Positions 25,009 through 32,000 of a stretch of DNA of 32,000 bases are shown one piece after another. The stretch comes from Ferroglobus placidus DSM 10642. Lineage in GTDB: Archaea; Halobacteriota; Archaeoglobi; Archaeoglobales; Archaeoglobaceae. The notes beneath the pieces are model-generated. The model was not told the origin of the DNA. It ran no database searches and worked only from the letters and a program-made list of their open reading frames with translations. Numbering within the stretch: the first letter of the stretch is position 1; each line of letters begins with the position of its first letter. The position numbers and the translations under genes are program-made. The DNA lies in assembly GCF_000025505.1 (NCBI RefSeq), contig NC_013849.1, positions 1,950,001 to 1,982,000 on the forward strand, read 5' to 3'.

Positions 25009-25155
25009 ATGAACTGCGAAGACGTTCTGCCGGAAATCGTTAAGAGGTGTGAAAACTGCAAAAATTCCAAGGAGTGCCAGTTGTCTTACATTGTAAAAAG
25101 GCTTATCGAGATTCTCACAACTACCGGATCGGATACTTCTCCTCGTTCTTCTTGA
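25009..25155 (+). CDS. Small Cys-rich ORF (48 aa), not in the supplied ORF track
   Basis: Hand translation: MNCEDVLPEIVKRCENCKNSKECQLSYIVKRLIEILTTTGSDTSPRSS*; CxxC-x5-C cluster. Confidence 0.45.
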   Translation: MNCEDVLPEIVKRCENCKNSKECQLSYIVKRLIEILTTTGSDTSPRSS

Positions 25156-25423
25156 GTTTTTCAATAACGGCTTCTTCCAAATCTATTTGAAGGACGTCTG
25201 CGAGATAAATCAGGTAAATCAGTATATCCGCAACTTCCTCCTTCACCCTCTCGATGTTCCTTCTCGCTTCTTCGTAACTCTCTTCTTCGCTCACCCATTG
25301 GAAAATCTCAAGGAGTTCGGAGGCTTCAATTACTATCGAGGCTGCGAGATCCTTGGGGTTGTGGTACTTTTTCCACCCTCTTTCGTCTCGAAACTTCAAA
25401 ACTCTTTCGACAACTTTTAACAA
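25121..25423 (-). CDS. MazG-like nucleotide pyrophosphohydrolase
   Basis: LKFRDERGWKKYHNPKDLAASIVIEASELLEIFQW...RRNIERVKEEVADILIYLIYLADVLQIDLEEAVIEKLKKNEEKYP: ExxE...ExxD MazG pattern. Confidence 0.9.
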   Translation of the reverse strand: MLKVVERVLKFRDERGWKKYHNPKDLAASIVIEASELLEIFQWVSEEESYEEARRNIERVKEEVADILIYLIYLADVLQIDLEEAVIEKLKKNEEKYPIR

Positions 25424-25599
25424 TTGTAGTGCCTCCTAATCTTTTTTATCCCTTCAATATTCTTCAGTTTCTCTTCGCTGTCGACTCTAACAAGAAAATC
25501 GTAGTTTGGAGAAACCTCGTAAACCTCTTCGCAAATTTCGAGGAGCTTATCTTTTATTTCTTCTCTTTTAACGGGATCGACGGTCAATTCAAAATACAA
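25417..25599 (-). CDS. Small Lrp/AsnC-RAM-like domain protein (TTG start)
   Basis: MYFELTVDPVKREEIKDKLLEICEEVYEVSPNYDFLVRVDSEEKLKNIEGIKKIRRHYNC resembles a stand-alone RAM ligand-binding half; sits between the ATP synthase operon and MazG. Confidence 0.5.
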   Translation of the reverse strand: MYFELTVDPVKREEIKDKLLEICEEVYEVSPNYDFLVRVDSEEKLKNIEGIKKIRRHYNC

Positions 25600-25603
25600 A
25601 AAA

Positions 25604-25759
25604 TCACCTCGAAATTTCGAGAATCTTGAAAACTATTATGAAAAATATCGCAATTCCAACAGCTATTCTTATCGTCGAAATCAACCACCAGTACTTCAAA
25701 ATTCTCACGAGGTTTTCTTCCCTCGTTAGCCACTCGAACAATCTGTCGCTCAAGCTCAT
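25604..25759 (-). CDS. Small single-pass membrane protein directly downstream of atpD (AhaG-like position), not in ORF track
   Basis: Hand translation: MSLSDRLFEWLTREENLVRILKYWWLISTIRIAVGIAIFFIIVFKILEISR*; ATG at 25759 overlaps the atpD TGA (ATGA coupling). Confidence 0.7.
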   Translation of the reverse strand: MSLSDRLFEWLTREENLVRILKYWWLISTIRIAVGIAIFFIIVFKILEISR

Positions 25760-26388
25760 TGCTGTTCCTTCGCCTTTTTACTCTTTATTTTCTTCAGTCT
25801 TATTATGTTCTCCCTGTCCATTTCCTCGAGTTTGAACGAAATGAACTTTGCAGCTTCCTCCATTTCTGGAATTACCTTGTACTCCAGAGCGTTTACTCTC
25901 CTCTTCGTTCTCTCTATTTCCTCTATCAGTCTTTTTAAGGTAGTTTCAAGCTCCGCAACTTCCAAAATAGCGTCTACGAGTTCTTCGTAAGCTGAAACAG
26001 CCTCGTCAAGCCTTGCAGACGTTCCTATTATTCCGTAATCCCTCTCGTAAACACTTTTCCTGACTTTTTCTCTTTTTATAACTGGCACTACTACACCCAT
26101 TATGTTCTTCCTCTTCATCGTGAATTTCGGCTCAGCGTGACAAGCCAAGGCGATGGACTTAACGGCTATAGCTCCGTCAACAGCCATGGCTAAAGCAAGT
26201 TTCTCCCTCGCGACCTCGTACTTCCTTATCATCTCCTCTATAACAGCTTTAGCATCTTCGAGAATTGTTCTGAACTCCATTATCAAACCGTCTCTTTTCA
26301 TTTTGAGTAAAGCGTGTCCTCTTTTAGCCATCTGAATTCTTCTCTTAAGTCTTATTAGTTCCATTCGTGTTGGCTGGACTTCTACCAT
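25756..26388 (-). CDS. atpD: A-type ATP synthase subunit D
   Basis: VEVQPTRMELIRLKRRIQMAKRGHALLKMKRDGLIMEF...RRVNALEYKVIPEM. Confidence 0.95.
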   Translation of the reverse strand: MVEVQPTRMELIRLKRRIQMAKRGHALLKMKRDGLIMEFRTILEDAKAVIEEMIRKYEVAREKLALAMAVDGAIAVKSIALACHAEPKFTMKRKNIMGVVVPVIKREKVRKSVYERDYGIIGTSARLDEAVSAYEELVDAILEVAELETTLKRLIEEIERTKRRVNALEYKVIPEMEEAAKFISFKLEEMDRENIIRLKKIKSKKAKEQQ

Positions 26389-26418
26389 TACACCACCTCA
26401 AAAAAGAAAAGAAATGTT

Positions 26419-27807
26419 TTAGGCTGCTTGTCCCTTCTTCCTGTACTTCGGATGGTACTTCTCGATGTATTTCCTCTCGATCTTCGTAAGCTCCTCCTCA
26501 GGAAGCATAGCCAAGAGTTCCCAACCTATGTCGAGAGTAGTTTCGATGTCTCTGTCCTCGTACTTTCCTTGGTTGACGAACCTTCTCTCGAACTCATCGG
26601 CGAACTTGAGGTACTTCCTGTCCCTCTCAGACAAGGCTTCTTCTCCGACGATAGCAACGAGTCCTCTCAGGTCGACACCTTCAGCGTAAGCCGCGTACAT
26701 CTGGTCGTTCCACTGCACATGGTCTTCCCTCGTTCTTCCTTCTCCGATTCCCTCCTTCATCAGTCTGCTCAGCGACGGCAGAACGTTTATCGGCGGATAA
26801 ATTCCTTTGGCATGCAGCTCTCTGCTCAGAACTATCTGCCCTTCGGTGATGTAACCGGTAAGGTCCGGAATTGGGTGAGTTATGTCGTCTCCTGGCATCG
26901 TCAGTATGGGCATCTGCGTTATCGTTCCCTTTCTTCCTCTAATTCTCCCGGCTCTCTCGTAAATTGTAGCGAGGTCTGTGTACATGTATCCCGGATATCC
27001 TCTTCTTCCCGGCACCTCTTCTCTCGCAGCCGAAATCTCTCTTAGAGCTTCGCAGTAGTTTGTCATATCTGTTAGAATAACGAGAACGTGCAAATCGTAT
27101 TCGTAAGCCAAGAATTCGGCTGCTGTAAGAGCCATTCTCGGAGTGAGGAGTCTCTCTATAGCCGGGTCGTTGGCTAAGTTCAGGAAAACGACGGCTCTCT
27201 CCAAAGCTCCAGTTCTTTCGAAGTCCTGCATGAAGTAGTGAGCTTCTTCGTGAGTTATGCCCATAGCTGCGAAAACTACAGCGAATTCTTCTCCCTCTCC
27301 TCTAACTTTAGCCTGTCTCGCTACTTGTAAAGCTATATCGTTGTGGGGTAAACCGCTTCCGCTGAATATCGGCAACTTCTGACCTCTGACAAGCGTGTTC
27401 ATTCCGTCTATGGCAGAAATACCTGTCTGTATGAACTCTCTCGGGTATTCTCTTGCGTACGGATTTATTGCAGCTCCGATAATCTCTCTTCTCTCCTCTG
27501 GAACGATCTTTGGCCCGCCGTCGATCGGCTCTCCAGATCCGTTGAATATTCTTCCGAGCATGTCGTAGCTGACGTTTAACCTGACGATGTCACCTGTGAA
27601 CCTTACAGTAGAAGATGTGTCGATACCTCTCGTTCCTTCAAAAACCTGAACAACCACAACATCCTTGGAGGTGTCGAGAACCTGTCCTCTCCTCGTGCTT
27701 CCGTCTGGTAGTGTGATCGTAACGAGTTCTCCGTAACCGACGGGCTCGGTTTTTTCAACAAAAATTAGAGGTCCGGCAACTTGACTTATAGTTCTATACT
27801 CCTTCAT
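26419..27807 (-). CDS. atpB: A-type ATP synthase subunit B
   Basis: [28 protein letters not shown]...[40 protein letters not shown]...[42 protein letters not shown]. Confidence 0.97.
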   Translation of the reverse strand: MKEYRTISQVAGPLIFVEKTEPVGYGELVTITLPDGSTRRGQVLDTSKDVVVVQVFEGTRGIDTSSTVRFTGDIVRLNVSYDMLGRIFNGSGEPIDGGPKIVPEERREIIGAAINPYAREYPREFIQTGISAIDGMNTLVRGQKLPIFSGSGLPHNDIALQVARQAKVRGEGEEFAVVFAAMGITHEEAHYFMQDFERTGALERAVVFLNLANDPAIERLLTPRMALTAAEFLAYEYDLHVLVILTDMTNYCEALREISAAREEVPGRRGYPGYMYTDLATIYERAGRIRGRKGTITQMPILTMPGDDITHPIPDLTGYITEGQIVLSRELHAKGIYPPINVLPSLSRLMKEGIGEGRTREDHVQWNDQMYAAYAEGVDLRGLVAIVGEEALSERDRKYLKFADEFERRFVNQGKYEDRDIETTLDIGWELLAMLPEEELTKIERKYIEKYHPKYRKKGQAA

Positions 27808-27810
27808 TCA

Positions 27811-29532
27811 TCACACCCCCAGAGCCTCTTTCATCTTCTTCATAGCAGCCTCTAAAGCCTCCTTGTAGTTTTCTTCGAACTTTGCTCTCGCGAACTCGTC
27901 TTTTCCTGGAACGTTGATGATCTCTTCGACAAGCTTTCCAGCTTCGAGGGCTTTGTAGAACATGTCAGCCACCTGTTTTATCGCCTTAAGCAGATCGTAC
28001 TGCTTTTTGAGGTCGCAGTAGGTGTCTACTGGATGATACGCGTACTGCTGGAGGTAAACTTCTCTTATCAGCCTCGCAACCTCGAGCAGAATTCTCTGCG
28101 ACTCCGGCAATGCGTCGCTTCCAACGAGCTGGACGATCTCCTGCAAGTTTGCCTCTTCTTGCAGTACTTCCATAGCCCATCTTCTTAACTCGCTCCAATC
28201 TTCAGCAACGTTTTTGTTGAACCACTCAGCCAACGTGTCAGCGTACAAGCTGTAGCTCTGCAACCAGTTTATAGCCGGGAAGTGTCTTCTTGCAGCAAGT
28301 TTTGCATCGAGCGCCCAGAAGACTTTGACGATTCTCAGCGTGTTCTGAGTTACGGGCTCTGAGAAGTCTCCTCCAGGCGGAGAGACTGCTCCGATAATCG
28401 TAACGCTGCCGATGTTACCGTTCAAAGTTCTAACTCTTCCAGCTCTTTCGTAGAATTCAGCCAATCTTGAAGCGAGGTAAGCGGGATAACCTTCCTCTCC
28501 AGGCATCTCTTCGAGTCTTCCCGAAATCTCTCTCATCGCCTCAGCCCATCTGCTTGTCGAGTCCGCCATCAAACCTACGTCGTAGCCCATGTCTCTGAAG
28601 TATTCGGCTATGGTAATTCCGGTGTAAACAGAAGCTTCTCTCGCAGCTACCGGCATGTTCGACGTGTTAGCTATTAAAACAGTTCTTTCCATGAGCGGTT
28701 TTCCAGTTCTCGGGTCTTCGAGCTCGGGGAATTCTTCGAGAACCTCCGTCATCTCGTTGCCACGCTCTCCGCATCCGATGTATACGACTACGTGAGTGTC
28801 GCTCCACTTGGCAAGCTGGTGCTGGGTTACGGTCTTTCCGCTCCCGAAGGGTCCGGGGATAGCAGCTGTTCCTCCCTTAGCAACTGGGAAGAGCGTATCG
28901 AGGATTCTCTGCCCAGTTATCAATGGAATTTGCGGTGGAAGCTTTTCCCTGTAAGGTCTCGGCTGTCTTACCGGCCACTTGTGGTAGAGCTTGAGCTCAA
29001 CGCCGTTGTCTAAAACAGCTACCGTTTCTTCGACAGTAAATTTACCTTCGTAAATTTCGGTTATAACCCCCTCAACGTTAGGCGGAACGAGAATTTTGTG
29101 CTCTATGAGCTCTGTCTCTTGAACAGTCCCTAATATGTCTCCTCCACTCACTTTGTCTCCTTTCTTAACCACAGGATTGAATTCCCACTGCTTTTTCCTG
29201 TCCAGAGCGGGAGCGTCAATTCCTCTTCCAATGAAGTCTCCGCTTGCCTCCTTCAAAGCTGGGAGTGGTCTCTGAACTCCGTCGTAGATCGACTTAAGCA
29301 AACCAGGTCCGAGCTCAACGCTCAAAGGCATTCCAGTATTTTCGACTTTGTCTCCCGGCTTGATTCCGGAGGTGTCCTCGTAAACCTGTATGAGTACTCT
29401 GTTTCCTACCAATCCTACTACTTCGCCCATCAGTCTCTCTTCTCCTACTCTACAAACATCGTACATTCTCGCTTTGAGTCCTTCAGCCACCACTAATGGA
29501 CCGGATACTCGATAAACCTCACCTACTTCCAT
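27811..29532 (-). CDS. atpA: A-type ATP synthase catalytic subunit A
   Basis: [17 protein letters not shown] Walker [45 protein letters not shown]; no intein. Confidence 0.98.
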   Translation of the reverse strand: MEVGEVYRVSGPLVVAEGLKARMYDVCRVGEERLMGEVVGLVGNRVLIQVYEDTSGIKPGDKVENTGMPLSVELGPGLLKSIYDGVQRPLPALKEASGDFIGRGIDAPALDRKKQWEFNPVVKKGDKVSGGDILGTVQETELIEHKILVPPNVEGVITEIYEGKFTVEETVAVLDNGVELKLYHKWPVRQPRPYREKLPPQIPLITGQRILDTLFPVAKGGTAAIPGPFGSGKTVTQHQLAKWSDTHVVVYIGCGERGNEMTEVLEEFPELEDPRTGKPLMERTVLIANTSNMPVAAREASVYTGITIAEYFRDMGYDVGLMADSTSRWAEAMREISGRLEEMPGEEGYPAYLASRLAEFYERAGRVRTLNGNIGSVTIIGAVSPPGGDFSEPVTQNTLRIVKVFWALDAKLAARRHFPAINWLQSYSLYADTLAEWFNKNVAEDWSELRRWAMEVLQEEANLQEIVQLVGSDALPESQRILLEVARLIREVYLQQYAYHPVDTYCDLKKQYDLLKAIKQVADMFYKALEAGKLVEEIINVPGKDEFARAKFEENYKEALEAAMKKMKEALGV

Positions 29533-29828
29533 AGGTCAACACCTATCGCCCTTCTAATTTTTTCTTTCAAAGCCTCAACGCTACCCTCTCCGCCGACTAT
29601 AACGAAAGTCGGCTCAACGCTTTCGTCCATTTCTCTCCTTAAAGAAATAGGAATTTTATCCAAAAATTCATTTTTAATAACCACGATTCCAACATCTTCT
29701 CTTTTCATAACTTCTTCAACCGCTTTAACTACCTCTTCGTCACTCTGAACGTCGTAAACGTCCCTAATTCCGACAAGCCTGAAACCAACGTTAAAATCGG
29801 GATCGCCGATCACGGCAATCTTCTTCAT
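29523..29828 (-). CDS. atpF: A-type ATP synthase subunit F
   Basis: [50 protein letters not shown]. Confidence 0.94.
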   Translation of the reverse strand: MKKIAVIGDPDFNVGFRLVGIRDVYDVQSDEEVVKAVEEVMKREDVGIVVIKNEFLDKIPISLRREMDESVEPTFVIVGGEGSVEALKEKIRRAIGVDLWK

Positions 29829-30865
29829 ACTATCACCAGCTGCTCCTTAATTTCCTCTGCGTCCATTCCTTCAGCTTTTCCTCTCGCGATTATTCTTAAG
29901 TTGTCCACCTCAATTTTCTTCATCACTATGAAAGCGAGAACCGGCAGAATCGATAACGGGAAGTGGTTTGCTCGTGAGAGCACCCTTTTCGCCCATACTT
30001 TGTCGAAAAAGACTTCTATCTTCGACAATGGTTGATCTTTGATTTGCTTCACCGCCTCTCCAAACCAGTAGTTTTCGAGGTTCTTTAACATATCTTCGTA
30101 ATCCATAGCTGCAAGCTTCCTTAATTCACTTTCGCTCAGCTGATACCCCTTCGGAATTATTTTCGCTGCTATTTCTTCGGGCGAAGCTCCCTCAAGCTTG
30201 AGCCTGAGTAACGTTTTGACGTTCTTTACGTCTATCTCCATTCTGATAAAGTCTACGAAGTACATTATATCAATGTTGTCGCTGTGGATCGAGGCAAGGC
30301 TGGTGTAGTAGAACTTGTCGAGTCTGTCTTCAAACTCGGAAATCGGGCAAGCTCTAGTCAACTCCTCAAGTATCGGATAGTATGGCTTTTTCGCAAACTC
30401 CTTTATTATGTCTTCCACGCTTTCCCTTGCTATTAGCATCTTCCAGAATTCCTCGTCAAACTCTCCGGCTGGAACAAGCGTTTTTTCAATTTCTTCTTTC
30501 GGGAATCTGAACATTTTACCTCTTATTATGTTCTTCAGATTCCAGAAGTCCCATCTCCTAAGATAATCAACGATCATTTCCCTCGGCAAACCCTTGGATA
30601 TTCTAACGAGCTTTCTGTACGTTCTCGTGAGGTTTAGATACAGAGCGTAATCCAAAAGCTCCACACCGCTGTATCTCATCGCGAGCTCGTTTATCTCGTT
30701 CTTGTACTCGCTTTCTTCCAAGTACCTTATTATTTCGTTGAGGTCCATATTGAGCAGTTTGTTGTACTCCTCCTTCGGAATGAGTTTTCTCTTCATCACC
30801 CTTACTCTGGCAACGATGTACGCCCACTCCGCAGCCCTTGGCTTTCTTATGATCTTTCTCAGCAT
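29825..30865 (-). CDS. atpC: A-type ATP synthase subunit C
   Basis: AYIVARVRVMKRKLIPKEEYNKLL...ANHFPLSILPVLAFIVMKKIEVDNLRIIARGKAEGM. Confidence 0.94.
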   Translation of the reverse strand: MLRKIIRKPRAAEWAYIVARVRVMKRKLIPKEEYNKLLNMDLNEIIRYLEESEYKNEINELAMRYSGVELLDYALYLNLTRTYRKLVRISKGLPREMIVDYLRRWDFWNLKNIIRGKMFRFPKEEIEKTLVPAGEFDEEFWKMLIARESVEDIIKEFAKKPYYPILEELTRACPISEFEDRLDKFYYTSLASIHSDNIDIMYFVDFIRMEIDVKNVKTLLRLKLEGASPEEIAAKIIPKGYQLSESELRKLAAMDYEDMLKNLENYWFGEAVKQIKDQPLSKIEVFFDKVWAKRVLSRANHFPLSILPVLAFIVMKKIEVDNLRIIARGKAEGMDAEEIKEQLVIV

Positions 30866-30867
30866 AG

Positions 30868-31434
30868 CTACTCACCGAACAGGATCTTGTGAATGTCCTT
30901 CATCTTATCCTCGAATACCTCCTCGACTATGTTATCGAAGGTTAGATTTATCCTGTAGCTACCATCGGCACTCTCCAGAATTATTCCACCGAGGCATTCG
31001 ATGTTTCCAGCATACTCCATCTTCTTTACGAGCTTTTTAACAATCTCCTCGTCTTTCTTGCTGGAGTAAATTTTGAAACCATCCTGATCGTACTTGGATA
31101 TCAGCTTTTTCAGAAGTTCTTCTCTCTCCTTCTCGTCCATGTTTTTTATTCTCTCAATGAGTTTTTCTCTAACTTTCTCAACCACGTCTTTTTTCTTAGC
31201 CAGCTCCTCTTTTTTCATTTCAAGCTTTATCCCTGAAATCTCTTGTTTTCTTAACCTCTCTACTTCTTTTTCCGCGTCAGCCTTAGCTTTCTTGATGATT
31301 TCCTCGGCTTTTTCCTTAGCCTCAGCTATTATCTCTTCAGCTTTTTTTTCAGCTTCTTTTTTAATCTCCGCTATCTCCAGATGTCCTTTTCTCGTTATTT
31401 CTTCGATTACTGGTTCAAGTGTCATCTCTTTCAC
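30868..31434 (-). CDS. atpE: A-type ATP synthase subunit E
   Basis: KRKGHLEIAEIKKEAEKKAEEIIAEAKEKAEEIIKKAKADAEKEVERLRKQEISG... GGIILESADGSYRINLTFDNIVEEVFE. Confidence 0.93.
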   Translation of the reverse strand: MKEMTLEPVIEEITRKGHLEIAEIKKEAEKKAEEIIAEAKEKAEEIIKKAKADAEKEVERLRKQEISGIKLEMKKEELAKKKDVVEKVREKLIERIKNMDEKEREELLKKLISKYDQDGFKIYSSKKDEEIVKKLVKKMEYAGNIECLGGIILESADGSYRINLTFDNIVEEVFEDKMKDIHKILFGE

Positions 31435-31463
31435 CTTTGTAAAAAAATTGGAAAATTGTTGCT

Positions 31464-31679
31464 TTACATGAACATCAGCAGGAACGCCACAACAAGCCCG
31501 AAGATGACGATTGTTTCTGGAATCACGGTCATCAGCAAACCTCTACCGAAGAACGTCGGATCTTCTGCCATCGCTCCTACTGCAGCAGCTCCAATTCCCT
31601 GCTCACCCAAACCAGCACCAATTCCAGCCAAACCGACAGCCAAACCAGCACCAACAGCAACCATACCCTCTATCGGCAT
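31464..31679 (-). CDS. atpK: A-type ATP synthase subunit K (c ring proteolipid, single hairpin)
   Basis: GMVAVGAGLAVGLAGIGAGLGEQGIGAAAVGAMAEDPTFFGRGLLMTVIPETIVIFGLVVAFLL. Confidence 0.95.
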   Translation of the reverse strand: MPIEGMVAVGAGLAVGLAGIGAGLGEQGIGAAAVGAMAEDPTFFGRGLLMTVIPETIVIFGLVVAFLLMFM

Positions 31680-31694
31680 ACCAAACCACCTCCT

Positions 31695-32000
31695 TTAATC
31701 TTCCTTCGTATACCTCCTTCTCCTACCAAACGGGTTGTACAAATACCCTCCCCCTTCGAAGAACTTGACGAAATGCTCAACGTAGTGCAATCGTAAGCTC
31801 TGCAAACCGGGGTCGAGAATTCCGAGAAGCAGATTTATGAAATGTCCAATGGCAAAGATGATTACAGCGGCAATGATTCCAGCAATTCCCGAAGGCCAGA
31901 GAAGCTCGAAAGCGATGTAGTTAAAGGCTATAGCAAAGCCGACACTTGCTAAACCTACAGCCAGCAATCGGGCGTAGCTTATCGTGTTGCTGAGCAACGT
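31695..32000 (-). CDS. atpI: A-type ATP synthase subunit I, C-terminal part (continues beyond window)
   Basis: LSNTISYARLLAVGLASVGFAIAFNYIAFELL...AIGHFINLLLGILDPGLQSLRLHYVEHFVKFFEGGGYLYNPF; frame runs off the window edge. Confidence 0.94.
   Translation of the reverse strand, partial: TLLSNTISYARLLAVGLASVGFAIAFNYIAFELLWPSGIAGIIAAVIIFAIGHFINLLLGILDPGLQSLRLHYVEHFVKFFEGGGYLYNPFGRRRRYTKED

Noticed and set aside
25626-25835. 69-aa plus-strand ORF MKTIMKNIAIPTAILIV...
   Set aside because: Antisense to the ATGA-coupled small membrane ORF and atpD end; the minus-strand reading fits operon context better.
26428-27045. Plus-strand 205-aa ORF (and similar long ORFs opposite atpA, atpD, cbiD)
   Set aside because: Antisense shadow of atpB; low-complexity Ser/Leu-rich translation, no family features, while the opposite strand encodes an unambiguous protein.
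27811-29532. Intein in atpA
   Set aside because: The Walker A region [11 protein letters not shown] is uninterrupted and the length is normal.
31464-31679. Assigning Na+ versus H+ specificity from the c-subunit
   Set aside because: Helix-2 ET (VIPETIVIF) is present but the helix-1 ligand alignment (GEQG) is ambiguous by eye, so no ion call is made.
1-32000. CRISPR array or long tandem repeats
   Set aside because: No regularly spaced repeats were seen on visual reading; absence is by eye only.

Overview
This 32 kb window looks like a hyperthermophilic euryarchaeal chromosome, probably Archaeoglobales; that assignment is inferred from gene content and style, not from a database. It is densely packed with short or overlapping gene junctions. 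Main content, left to right: 3' part of a class II aldolase; a metallophosphoesterase fused to a low-MW-phosphatase-like domain whose catalytic Cys is Ser; a lipoprotein; a minus-strand cluster of prefoldin beta, Pcc1, Brix protein and a double-UspA protein; a frameshifted IS6/IS240-like transposase remnant; a chimeric ferritin-like/encapsulin nanocompartment protein; a tightly overlapping anaerobic cobalamin operon (DUF2284, cbiT, L, F, G, H, C, D, E) that runs into a metallophosphoesterase and an N-terminally extended MoaE; DUF2103 Zn-ribbon, glycosyltransferase, ATP-grasp (MfnD-like), NYN, TatD and LeuA/CimA-family genes; a ferritin-like small protein; GNAT; metG; DUF2258; mqnD-like; a MNT/HEPN pair; tRNA-Phe(GAA); an AT-rich two-TM protein; a MazG-like protein; and an A-type ATP synthase operon (I, K, E, C, F, A, B, D) followed by a small membrane protein ORF missing from the supplied track. 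The items most worth follow-up are the self-loading ferritin-encapsulin, the Cys-less phosphatase fusion, the cobalamin operon extras (DUF2284, phosphoesterase, CbiG lacking a standard start codon), the AhaG-like ORF after atpD, the degenerate HEPN/MNT pair and the tRNA-adjacent membrane protein. The encapsulin-ferritin fusion architecture is already known from Pyrococcus/Thermococcus, so it is not novel as a class.
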